Shown here: positions 52,337-64,000 of the stretch, piece after piece
How the letters are laid out: each line of letters begins with the position of its first letter
How positions within the stretch are numbered: position 1 is the stretch's first letter
From: Vicugna vicugna
Taxonomy: Eukaryota
Reading direction: 5' to 3'
Assembly (NCBI GenBank): GCA_013265495.1
Contig: MU057724.1
Coordinates: 1,255,102 to 1,319,101, forward strand
DNA length: 64,000 nt
Translations under genes and position numbers: made by a program
The notes under the pieces: generated by a model
What the model was told of the DNA's origin: nothing
Database searches by the model: none
Seen by the model: the letters and a program-made list of their open reading frames with translations, nothing else

Positions 52337-54519
52337 GAAAATGTATTGCAGTAATAATGGTATATTTATTGCCAGTGTTTTTGTTAGTGCATGTGTTATG
52401 TACACATTAAAATGCGTAACTTGTTTACACACATAAAAGGAAACGACTGTTCTCCTGTGTGGGTGATGTCATCCTTTGTTCAGTTAACGTTAAACGTGAA
52501 CATTTTCCCATGACAGTAATTGCATCCTGACATCACCTCCATTTAATGGGCTGATAGGGATTTTGCTGTTTGTTAATGTCATAATTAGTGAATGGATTAT
52601 TGTTTGACACACACATCATTTAAAATATATCATTACTGAAATAGTGCCCCATGATTTTTGGCATATTAATCAGTGAAAACATTGCTAATTACATCTTAAT
52701 AGAGGTGTCTAGAAAAAGAATCAGAGTATGAACATTCTTTAGTCTTGTAAACTAAGACCGACGTCTAAATCCAGCTGCATCAAGGCTGGGTTGAGGTTTT
52801 TGTAAGGCTCTGTGTTTTTCCTGCCCCAGAGATACAGCCGCCAGGCCTTGGGCTGAGAGCAAGCCTGATTCCAGGACAGGTCCATTCCGGACCCCCTCTC
52901 CTTGACCGCCTCTGGCTTGTCCTCGCTTCTGTCTCAGCATACATTTCTTAAACTCTTGTCTGTTTTCATAGATTTTCAGATTAATCTTTTTTAGCCTTTT
53001 GTCATGTTCAGATTCAAAATTCAGCGAATGCCTTGAGGTGTTGTGTTTGAAGCCAGGAGCTCACCCTCCTTACAGTTGGGGGTGGGGGAGGATGGTGTTC
53101 TCAGATGTCTTTAAATAAAATGCTTTCATTAAATGCACCTTCCCGTTCTGGTCACTATGAATAGGAAGGTAGGTGTGCCTCAGGCCATCCCGCCCCATCT
53201 TAAATGTGTGTGCATTACATTAAACACAGACGCAGGGGGAGTTAGTGGGTGATATATTGTTTTTCAAGGAATTAACCAATTATCCCAGCATTGTTTTCTA
53301 TTCAAATTTAAAATACAATCTTTATCATTAACTCAGTAATATACATTTTAGATTCAATTTTTGATTTTCTATCAAAAGTCATTGGTGTGTTTGGCTTTGC
53401 AGTGGTAAAACCGTGTTTTAATTGTTGTGATTCTGTAGTGCATTGTGTACCCGCCCCCCAAGATGAATCTTAAATGCCCTTGGGCGTATTTGACCATTTA
53501 CTCTTGACAAGCCCATAAAGGTCTAAAAATAGCTGCAGTAGAATAAAACCACCAGATAATATTTTAATTTGGAAGACATTTGACATTCAGGAATGAATGT
53601 TTGTATTTCATTTGAGGTTAATTATTAATTTTATTTTTATTAGGTTGATTAAAAAGCATTTTTTCTATTTCTTTTTTTTTCAAATTTAGGAAAACTACTA
53701 TCTGTATTTAATATTCAAACACCTCAAAATTGCCTAGTCATTTTTTATAAACCACGTCTCGTTCACAAACAGGTTTTTGTTTTTAGTTCTCAGTGAATCT
53801 AAAATTTAAAGTAAATGTCAAATTTTTTATGTTGAGATTTGTCATAAAAATTAAATTCCCAGAATTTCTGATACAATTAGAACATGAAATGTTTTGTCAT
53901 AGCAAGAGGATGTGAGGTCTTAGTGCCAGCTGCTGCCAGTAGCCCAAAATACATACCAGTCTAGTGACTTCCGTTAGTTTTGCATTTTTGTTGATTTGTT
54001 TATATGGAAATCATTAGCAAAGTGGACAAATTACAAGGCTCTCAGCTTCGACTAAGAAAGGGGATTAAGTCTGACCCTCGTTAAGAAGAATTAGGACGGC
54101 TGAGCCGCTTACAGGTTTCCGGGTCAGAGCCGGGAGCCTTGCACAAGCCCTGGGGATATGCTGCAGTCCAGGCGGCAGCAGCAGGGGCTGGGGCCACGGT
54201 CTGGGTTCAGGTCCGGGATTCTGAGAAGGTGGGAGCAGCGCGTGACGCCCCCTGAGCCCTCCCCGCCAGCCATCTGGCTGTGATTGACAGGGCATGCGGG
54301 GTCACACGGGCCCAGAGCTAGGCCGAGGGCAGAAGAGGTGGGAAGGACGGTCTGCGGTTAAGGTTCCGGTGCAGGGAGGTCAGAAGTACCTGCACCGAGA
54401 ACAAGGCAAAGTCAGCCGGACCCACAGGCAGGACCACAGGGAAGGCCACTGACCACTTCTGCGTGGGTTTTCAGAAATGCTTTCATGGCGACATGGTTCT
54501 CGAATGTGTGTCCAAGAGC

Positions 54520-54632
54520 AAAGCCTGTGGTGTCAGACAGAACCAGGCTGTGCCATGTCCCGGGGCAACTTAACCAATCCCATTTAATCTCTGTGCACCT
54601 TAGGTAGACATAATAAAAAAGATGAAGATTCT
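54520..54632 (+). mobile_element. MIR fragment
   Basis: 'tgtggtgtcagacagaaccagg...catttaatctctgtgcacctt...aaaaagatgaagat'. Confidence 0.45.
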
Positions 54633-55068
54633 TACCCGGTGAAAAGGGGAGAGAGAGAGGGAGGGAGGAAGGAAGGAGAGCGAGCAGGTGGGGGTCCGGG
54701 GAGCTTGTGAGCAAAACCTCCACAAGACGTGTGTCCCCGAGGTCTGTACAGACCGGGACCCGGGACGCCGGGGACTCCTGTGAGGGGCAGGGGCCAGATC
54801 ACGAGGGTCTGAGGGATATGGGATTCTGGGCAGGGATTAATTCATTTATTAAGAAATGGCAATTGAAGATTTGCTTTTTAAAAATGCTACCCTAGACGGA
54901 GGGTGTAAGTGTGACAGAAGGGCAGACCTGAAATACTGCTGTTACTCATCCGTCTTTTATCAAGAAGAAAGTTACAGGAGTGCGCACCTTCACCTATGAC
55001 GTCTCTTGTTGTCACATGATGAACCTGGTGACTGAATGCCAGAATGTCCTCCACAGCTGAGTGGGTGT

Positions 55069-55109
55069 AGGTCACTGTCAAGGTCAGGATGTAGGTCACT
55101 GTCAGGTCA
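55069..55109 (+). promoter_or_regulatory. Candidate nuclear-receptor element: four AGGTCA half-sites in a ~24-bp tandem duplication
   Basis: AGGTCA at 55069, 55081, 55093, 55104; motif presence only, function not shown. Confidence 0.35.
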
Positions 55110-56033
55110 GGTGCAGCAGGTGGGAGGAGTCCCGCTCAGAAGGCTGTGTGTGGTGATTTGCTGGATAAGCACTCAGGTCAGTTTTCATAAGAATTTTGTG
55201 AACAGAAGTCTGAGGCTCGCTGCCCTCCATCTGCCTTTTCTGCCAGCGCTGTGATCTGTCTTGGAGGTTCCCAGTGTCCCAGCCAGTCCAGCGTCAGAAG
55301 TCAGTGATCAGGGGAAATTCTGGGCTTGCAGGTCTCCTTGTCCCCCCTCCTCCCTCCTCCCTGCGGAGACCCTGTCCTTGGGACCTCTCTGTGAAGTTCC
55401 TTCCAGGTGGCCCGGCGTCACCCTCTGTCTGTGATGCACTCGTTGACGTGTGTGTCCCGCCGGGATCTCCAGCGTCCTAGTCATTTCCTTACCAGTCAGG
55501 CGTGAAAGAGCTTGGATTCCCTCCTTCAGACTGAAACGCTTTCTCTGGTTACAGCTGTTTTGTCATTTGGAAACCACCCTGGACCTGGGGATTCCGTGAG
55601 CACCTGGGGAGGAGCCCAGAGCGCTCCCACCTGGATTCCCCAGACCGATGTGCGCTTCACGCCTTGGCCAGAGTGCCGAGCCTCTCTCTCCTCTCTGAGC
55701 CTCTCTCTCTCCCCCCGTATTTTTGTCTCAGCCCAGAGACTGTTCTCCCTGTGAGCTGGCAACTTGCTTTTACATCATCAAGCATTCCTTCCTCCCTGTT
55801 CTTCTATGTACGGCATAAACTCTAGGTTTGGAAGCCACTGAAAGTACTATAGACATTCAAAGCTAAGAATTTAGAATTTTTTTTTCTTTAGAAGTAACTT
55901 ACATTCAGGACTAAGTTAGTCAAATACAAGAGTGAGACTCTTTGTTCCGAGTCGCCTGTCTCTTCACTAGCTCATCACCGAGCTGGGCGGACAAGACTTA
56001 GTGGACTTCTGAGTGCAAGGAGCGGTGCAAACC

Positions 56034-56122
56034 GGGGTGGGGCAGCTCAGCGGTAGAGCGTGTGCTCAGCGCACACTGGGGCCTGGGCTCAGTCCCCAGG
56101 ACCGCTGTAAAAAAGCTTTTTA
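56034..56122 (+). mobile_element. Short tRNA-derived SINE (vic-1-like head plus A tail)
   Basis: ggggtggggcagctcagcggtagagcgtgtgctcagc...gcctgggctcagtccccaggacc...aaaaaa. Confidence 0.72.
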
Positions 56123-56561
56123 AAAGAGTGATGTTAACAGGTGGAAATCTATGATTTCATGAACTTTTTTTCAGGGAATCATAATACAAAAATAAATTAA
56201 AATAAACAATGTTAGATAACGCTAAGTAGCATGAAGAGGAAAAACTCAGGAAAAGGCCATTTTTAATGGAACACTGCTTTACACATTTACCCTGCTACCT
56301 CCAGGCCTAGAGGGCTGTAAAGAGACTCAGTTTGCTTAATTTCTCATTCACACTGTGGTGACTTAAAAGAATTCATTTGCTTTCTTTTGGTCTTTTCACA
56401 CATTTTAATAAAAACTTTTGTTCAGGTAACTATTTTTTAATCTCAAGTTAAAATCACTCAGCGTATTCTCTGGTTAGACCGCATGAACCCAGATTAACCA
56501 GGAAACCCTCATAGGGCTCCCCAGGTTGTCCCCGTCATAAAAACGTAGCACCGTGTATCAT

Positions 56562-56563
<2 letters not shown>

Positions 56564-56598
<35 letters not shown>
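56564..56598. repeat. (GT)17 microsatellite
   Basis: Direct reading. Confidence 0.92.
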
Positions 56599-56599
<1 letters not shown>

Positions 56600-58172
56600 A
56601 CGTGTCTGTGCTATAAATCTGAGAGTACCTGCCTATCCAATTCATTCGAGGTACTGAATTCCTGTTTAGAAGATGTTCCAGTATGATTCAGGAAAAAACC
56701 AGAAATGGAAGCACTGTATATTGTTTCCTTGCACAAACCTGGGGGAATTCCGTTTCAGCAAGCTTGATGGCCTAGGCCTGATTCTGAAAGGCGGTTTTCA
56801 CTGAATGCCATTTTAAGTAAATGTCAGGCAAAGCAGTGTCAGTTACTTCCCTTCAGTCATACGTTCTGCATTATTCAGAGAACTAAAATACATGTTGGGG
56901 GACTGAAAGACACAAGGCTGGACAGTACATCCTCGAAGACAGTGGTTCACATAAAACATTGGTAGAATTTTATAGCAATCCTTAAAACCTAATAAAAGGC
57001 ATAGTTCCACAACGTTCTCAACATGGATTGTTTGATTGGTCAGTAAAACATGATTAGAGTCCTGCTCTTTCTGTCTACATCTCTGAACTATCCTGATTTT
57101 AGCTGAAGGCACCAATAGTTTCAGAGATTTCCTGAGCTGATTCCTCACCAGAGTAAAAACTGCTTTGAAATGGTCGGATCAATGCAAGAAAGACAGGCTT
57201 TTTGTACATGGCTCTGTGGAAATCACATAATCACATCAATTTCTCAAATTTGATTTTCTTCCGTGTTTTAAGAGACACGTGTCCCCCCAGTCAGTCTGTT
57301 TTCTTAGCTGAGTCGTTTGGTGCTTCTCCAGCCTTGTGCACCCTGTTCATTACATTTCCTCTTAATTCACATTTCTCAGTAAGACAAAGGGGACTAAAAC
57401 TAGAAAAAAAGGAAAAAATAAAACAATTCACCGAAATAACTTCTAAGTGAAATGGCCTGTCTTAGTCTGATGTGAGATCATAGCCGCAGAGAGCGCTTCT
57501 CAGGGGTCCCTGGAAACCCAGCGAAAGGTGAAAACCGGTTTTAATCAGTAAAACTTCTGTTGAACAGAGACCTTGTGTAAGGTCATTTGTCTAAATCTGA
57601 TGTTCATTTTCATTTGGTTTTTTAAGCTAGTTTACATGACTTAATACAGAGGAAACTCTTTCTCTGAAAATTTATTTTAAATTCGTAAGACATGTTGTTC
57701 AATAAATGGTCTTCATGTAAATATTTATTTTATTCGAGGTCCTAGCTGAAAGTATTTTGATACACACACATCATCCTTTAGCGCTGGAATATTCCATTTC
57801 CTCTGTTCTCTTACATGCTGTAACAATTGAATATAATATGACTTCAAAGTGGAAAATAACATTTTGAAAACTTACTCTCTGTGCTCTTAGTAGATTGTCA
57901 TTTTAAATTGTGTGAAACATAGGCTTTTGTTTCTCATAAAGAGAAAATTATTAGGTGGGAGTCCTTTGAAATGTTTGCATATGAAATTGGAACGATTTGA
58001 TAGCTAATTTAGAAATGTTCATAAGAGGTGATTGATAGGCAGTGATTTTAGTGCGTCAGTATAGATACCGGTTTAGGTTAACTCACTGAAAATAGGTTCT
58101 CATAAAATTTGAGGGGCCTTATGTTACTTCATCTCTGTTGTTCTCACTTTGATTATTTATCTATCATTGCAG

Positions 58173-58211
58173 ATTAAAAAAATCAACAGAAACTTTCCTG
58201 TAAACCAGCAG
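58173..58211 (+). CDS. SNTG1: SNTG1 coding exon (39 nt): IKKINRNFPVNQQ
   Basis: tttatctatcattgcag acceptor, gtaaga donor; phase 0-0. Confidence 0.94.
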
Positions 58212-59498
58212 GTAAGATGGAAAAACTCTCGTGAAGAATCATGTATTTCTTTCATTGTGTCTGTTATGGAAGATAATCTTGACTGCATTTAACTTTTATG
58301 TGAAAATGATTGGTACTATCACTTGCCAACTTTAGGAAAATACATATTTTATTAGATTTCTTTTATGTTATGTAATAGATCTGTTTTTTTTACTAATATT
58401 AAAGGCAGTTTTAAGAAAAGCTTTCTATCTAAGTGAATTAAGTCAGAACTGTTTGGACAAAATAATCGTATTTATTTGAATACGAAGTTGAATAACTCAG
58501 AGAGCTATTTACATTAGAGCGCTTCACTGCGTCTTAACATTTGGAAGGCCTGTATTTCATTGATCTAAAAGTTAAAGGGAAGTTGAAAGTTAGCTGACAA
58601 TATTTAAAATGAGTCTGAATTACTGTCTGAAAGGAAAATCATGTCAGATTAATCAACCTAAGAATACAGTTGGCTTCTTAGACTAACAATTGACTATAGA
58701 ATAAAATAAATGTTTATAAAAATGACTGATCCCACTACAGCTTTATTATGCTAAACTCAGCTTCCGTTGCTTTCATAAACATAACGTGAACATCAGTTAG
58801 AAGGAGAAGAAGTGAGTGAGAGCCCGGCTTCTGGGCTCTCCTGAGCCGCCTCTGTGTCAGGTTTGTGTGAGGGTGGAATTGCAGTGACAGGACACAAAAC
58901 TCTGACCCTTGGCATCAATCTCAGTTTACAACTGCTGATCAAAATCCAGACACCTCCCAGATCTGTAGGTAAATGGCGCTCCAGTCACAAGTTAATTTCA
59001 ATGGTGCAAATGTTTAAATCTTCTTCAGCTCATTAAAACCAAGTTACTTCTCTTTTCTAAACCTCGGCTCCCTCGTCTGTAGCATCTGTGTGACAGCAAC
59101 TATCTTACAGGTTTATTTTTGAAAGTTAAGTGATACCCAATGTCAGGTTCTCAGCCTACGCCTTGACTGACGTGTCACATTCATAAGTGAGTTCTTTGCG
59201 GTCCTCAGCTTATGTTCTGCTGTAAACTGCGCGGTCAATGACGCCCGCGGCCCGACTTCCCGCACAGCCACGTGTGGCTGAGCAGGTGCTGAGAAGGGCT
59301 CCGGAGAGCGTGCTGTCCCCTGGCCGCCTCCCCATCCAGGCCACCGCGCCCCTCCTCCAGCCGACGCTCCGGCAGGTGCAGGGCGGGGGGCGTGTGCGTG
59401 TGTCCGGGGCCCTTGCTCAGGGCGCAGGGCCGGCCTCCAGCCCAGAGCGTCTGATTCAGCCTCTCTGGGCTGACGCCTGGGAAGCTCCCTGTGTCCCT

Positions 59499-59523
59499 CC
59501 CAGCCCAGCCCAGCCCAGCCCAG
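59499..59523. repeat. (CCCAG)5 pentanucleotide repeat
   Basis: Direct reading. Confidence 0.88.
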
Positions 59524-60384
59524 GTGACTCCGAGCATGGGAGCGCGCCGGTGACATCCTGGAAAAGCAGTTTAACAAGTTCCCAGGGCTGAGCGGAGACG
59601 GGAGTCACGAAGCACACGTGACTCAGACAGAGGCTCCGCCAGGGGGCGCGCTTGCGACGCCCGTGCCCAGACGCGGTCGCTTCGCGGCCAGACGCGTGAA
59701 CCGGCAGATCTACTCTGGGGGAGCTCCTGCCAAAAAAATGAGGGGAGAATCTTTCGTTTGAAATATTTCATTTCAGAACGACTCTAATATTTGTGTGTTC
59801 ACCCTCCCTCGCCCCTTCGACCCTCAGCGTGCGCAGTGTTAGCGCTGAGCGTGATTTAACCACCGAATAGCCAACCCTGACCGTCCCGGCTGCGCGTTAC
59901 TTACGGCGACACCTGCAAGGGGCGTGTCCCCCGAGCCCCCTCCGTGACGAGCGACGTCCCTCCCCATCGCGGCTCGTATCTAGGGCTCGAGTAACACTGA
60001 GGGGGCCAAATACAAAGCTGGAAATAAGCCATAATAAAAACTACTGGAATTCTAAGCCACTTGTCTATAATTATCACAGATAAGCATTAGCATCCATGGC
60101 TTTTTATTTGTTAGCCGTTTAATATTATTACTGTAGTGAAATTTTATTTCAAATCTCTTAGCATCTCACAATTTTGAATTCATGCTGAATTCTTCCTGAC
60201 ACTTCAAGCAGGAGTTAATAGATTTTTCCCTTACTACCTTCCTCCGTGCAAATGAAGCCCTTCAGGAAATAGGGTTCCTTTACAGGTCAACGTTCCCTTC
60301 TGTGCATAATAGGGAAAACTCACCCGCAAGGCGTGATAGCAGAGCGCTAGAAGATCAGGGAACATCCTCCACTGAAAATCTGAG

Positions 60385-60655
60385 CCGTTCCTCCCCCACT
60401 TGCCCTTTGGTAGCCATAGTTTGTCTTCTATGTCTGTGAATCTGTTTCTGGTTTGTAAATAAAATTTTTATCTTTTTTCAGATTCCACAGATAAGTAATT
60501 TCCTATGGTATTTGTCTTTCTGTTTCTGGCTTATTTTACTTAGTTTGATGATCTCCAGGTCCATCCATGTTGCTGCAAATGGCATGATTTCATTCTTTTT
60601 TATGGCTGAGTAGTATTCCATAATATAGATACACCACTTCCTCTTTATCCATGAG
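60385..60655 (-). mobile_element. L1 3' fragment, antisense
   Basis: 'atctccaggtccatccatgttgctgcaaatggcatgatttcattctttttatggctgagtagtattcca', same family as 23400 and 44400 copies. Confidence 0.88.
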
Positions 60656-63600
60656 CATCTTTAAATGGCACTGGCATATCCTCTCATGTGTCTTTCTCTA
60701 CATGTTAAGCGTGTTCCTATTTTCTTCTTCTTGTTTTCTTACTTGTCTGTAAGCTCTGCATACTCAGTACAGGAAGGGGAGTTAACCTTTGCATTTTTAT
60801 GTAGCCTAAGTCAGCAGTCTTTTGTGATGGCTTACAGGACTTGTGCTGTGCTTGTTGCAGGCCTGAAGAGGCCAGGGGAGGGCGCTGTATCAGATTATTA
60901 AAGTGTTCATGCAGATAAGGATGCTGACAAGAGACGTTCTGCCCCCTGGGCTGGGGCCTCAGGGGGCCCCTAGCAGCCTCTGCTGGGGCAGACTTGGGCC
61001 CTCGCCTCACTCTCTCCCCCCCCCCTTCTGTACCACTGGCTTCTCCCATAAGTGCCTCCACCAGGAAGCAAGAGGCGAGGGGTCAGCTCTGGAAGCACGT
61101 GATGTCAGCAGTTGCGGGGCACAGCGTAGAGGATGAGCCCCGGTCCAGGGGGCCTGGGCACAGCGCACGTGTGAGCAGTGCCGTGTGACGGCTTCTCTGT
61201 GCATTACACTCTGTTTGTTGAGTTTTTTTTTCCAGGGGGATAATAAATGAGTATAGTATTTATTTCATTTTGCACCATATTAAGTGTGTTTCATAGTGAG
61301 TAACAGTATGGAATCAATTTTCTTCTTTCTATTGGACTACCCTTAAAATTCCTAGGCACATATGAGCGTGATGAGCATTTATAATGGAAATAAATGCTTA
61401 ATCTTATATTTGAAGCCACCATGATAAGCGTTGTGCCTTTTAAGAGTTTTTGAGAACTTTTCTCTCCAGGATAATAGCTGAAAGATCTTTTGAACATAGT
61501 GATCTATAAAGAATGTTTTACAAATTCTTAACTCACAGGAAAAGATTTGGTTTAAATATACATAAATTTTTTTGATTTAGTAAGTCTTCTGAATAGCATA
61601 TTAGTTCTCTATGGTGTACACTTGTGTGTTGCTAAATATATGATTTTATTCAAACAGTGTTTTCTGTGTGATGCATTAAGTCTAACTATTATGCAGAGGA
61701 AGAGCGTCAGCTGTTGTTTTATTTTTTTCCATTAATCCTGTAATATGTTAACAAGTGTATCAGAACAGAGAGATCAACCTTCGGGTCTGAGTACCATGTT
61801 AGTGAGATACTAGGAAGTAGACAGTGGCCTGGCGGTTGCTAAGTCCTGCCCCGCACGTTGTCTGTGATGATGTCCACGGTGTTGAACATGTTGTAGTATC
61901 TGTGCTCCGTTGTGTAAGTATGACTTATCCTCTTAGTACGAAGCCGACTTCTCATTCTCTCTCCAGTGGGACAGACCTTCCAGGGCATCAGAGCAGGGTA
62001 GTCACGGACAGCTACTCCAGGACCCATTTAGTGACTTGTCTGATGGACGGTTCGAGCCTGTATCTGACCAGCAGTTGCACAGGGATCTGCAGGTGACTTG
62101 GATCAGATGTGGCTCATAAATGCAAGTGATCTGGGCTCAGAATTCACTTCCTGGAGAGGTTGAAACGGCAGCCGACATAGGGTCAGAAAGCCTCGCGTAG
62201 AGGAAGGAAACACTGGCCAAATTACTAAGGCTTCATTCTCTGGCCGCTCTTAGGCATTTAGCACAGGGCAAGGGCCTGCCTAAAAACTGGGGAAATGGGC
62301 GATTCTGTCATCAGACTTCTACTGAAAGACAAGACTAGAGTGGGTGTGTGGTGGCAATGACAGACAGGGTGCACGATTCAGGGAGCCTCAGCGTGCTGGC
62401 CCAGCGCGATTCCGACACGCGCTCTCTGAGCCCAGAGGCGTGCGGCCGGCGTGGCTGGCACCACCCTGCTGCAGGGGGCGTAGACTGCCGAGCGCAGGCT
62501 TCCTTGATGTTGGGTCTGGAACAAATGAAAGGAGTCTCTTTTGCAAAACAATAAAGGAGTATCTTCCTTGAGCTCATGTCTTCGTCACAGAGAATGCATC
62601 CTTTGTGGAGGACAATGATAAATCACAACACATATTTGAAAATCCAAACCAAGAAGCCTGAATTCAGTGACTTATGACCTCATTATGATCAGGCGAAACA
62701 CGTAAGGAGAGAAAAAATGTGCAAACGTGCATTTTACCTGTATTTCCCCATATCTTAATGAACTGGGAAATACAGGTATTTTGTGAAGCACAGATATCAA
62801 TTTATTGATGTCACTATATTTAATTGTCGTAGTTACGTTTATAAAAGCCTTTAATACATTTAAATCTTCAGATAATCTCATGCACTGTTAGTGAGAGGTC
62901 ACACGTTTCTGGAGGGCAGTCCTGCATTAAGTGTCAACATTAAACTGCACGTATCATTTGGCTCAATAGTTCTTCTTTTTTAAGGGGCATTGTTAACGGA
63001 AAAAAGTTGACGTGTAACAGAAAGATAAAGACAAGACAGTTGTCCCACCAATAGAAAAATTGTCACATAGATTTGTTACAGTTGTTCCCTGGATTATAAT
63101 ACCAACATACTCCAACAGGTCTATAAGTGCAGAAATAAAAGTTTAAACATTAAACACTCACCCCCACAATAAATCCACCTTTGGGTTTTTTCTTCCCCTT
63201 TGCACATGTTTCAAGTTTTAGGAGGATGTCTTTGAGATGGTCAACCCTGAGTGTCCCTAGAGCAGACACAGAGTCCAGAGGAGCTTGAAGATAAAGTTTT
63301 CATGTTTCATTTTATATATTTTGTATGTTTGATTTATTTTTAATGAACATTTGTATAGATATTATTTATTAGCTTAAAAAAATATTATTTATTAACATTA
63401 AAAATGAAAAAATAAGACAAAAGTTATGTTACATACAATTTATTACCCAAAATAAGAAAATATAGATGGGACATATGATTATTTGTGACATAGCAGTTCT
63501 TAAGGTTTCGAGTGAATTTTAGGTTTTAATTACATTTTGAAAAAATACCAGCATATTTCTGAAGTACTACAGAAACCACAGAGCCTTGCTGCCTGGACTC

Positions 63601-64000
63601 CTGGACTGCAGTTCTCAGGCCACTTGCCCAGCGAGGAAGCAAGGACGCTTCCTCTCACCAAGTGTGGCAACTTTTCTGGGTTATTAGTTTTGATTCCGTC
63701 CTCAGAAATGAAAGCGTAAACCTGGTGGGAGAATGAGTTTGTCAGGCCAGCCTCAAAGTGTGTTCTAACAAATTGGCGCAGAGGAGAATGTCATGGTAAC
63801 GTTTGTAGTGACTTTTAACCACTTAGTGAGCAATGACCTGCACTGAAATTTGCATTTTAATTACATAATCCGACCCACTGGGGCATGAATTAATTTTAAT
63901 CACAGTTTCAACAACAGGCAGATTTAGGAGAATGACTAAAATGGATATGCTTAATATGCATTTGTTGTAGTGACAGAAACTAAAATTTTTTAATGAAATT

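Larger units (their letters stand above)
10586..58211 (+). other. SNTG1: SNTG1 (gamma-1-syntrophin) gene, internal portion: 9 coding exons; gene extends beyond both window ends
   Basis: Spliced exons give one open 229-aa frame ERAVTIRRQTVGGFGLSIKGGAEHNIPVVISKISKEQRAELSGLLFIGDAILQINGINVRKCRHEEVVQVLRNAGEEVTLTVSFLKRAPAFLKLPLNEDCACAPSDQSSGTSSPLCDSGLHLNYHPNNTDTLSCSSW...NISNLTKHNIKKINRNFPVNQQ, recognised as SNTG1; all 8 internal introns GT-AG with matching phases. Confidence 0.97.

Noticed and set aside
54367..54397. 9-bp hairpin cggtgcagg...cctgcaccg
   Set aside because: Short stem, plausible by chance in 64 kb; no ncRNA context
10586..58211. SNTG2 as alternative identity
   Set aside because: Residues such as GFGLSIK, RKCRHEEV, LNYHPNNT and RNFPVNQQ match SNTG1, not SNTG2, as recalled
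1..64000. A novel multi-gene or prokaryote-type system
   Set aside because: The window is explained by one known vertebrate gene plus repeats; no operon, array or unexplained coding region seen

Overview
Mammalian genomic DNA, not prokaryotic. The SINE and L1 3'-end types point to a camelid (inference). The whole window lies inside one + strand gene, SNTG1 (gamma-1-syntrophin). Nine internal coding exons (10586-58211) have canonical AG/GT boundaries and consistent phases. They splice to 687 nt / 229 aa covering the PDZ domain, the linker and the start of the PH-type region; start and stop codons lie outside the window. Introns are filled with old and lineage-specific L1s, L2/MIR, tRNA-derived SINEs, an ERV1-type solo LTR, an MLT1A LTR, Tigger-family DNA transposons and microsatellites. 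Almost all ORFs in the supplied track are spurious. I found no convincing novel multi-gene system. The most unusual signal is a series of sharp GC/CpG peaks in which recognisable ancient AT-rich repeats have been rewritten A/T->G/C, suggesting strong local GC-biased gene conversion that may also have changed SNTG1 amino acids. Other highlights: a (GAT)14 tract in a branch-point zone, a 4x AGGTCA nuclear-receptor array, and a fold-back duplication within an L1. Repeat family names and the human SNTG1 comparison come from my recollection of consensus sequences, not a search; old-repeat boundaries are approximate.
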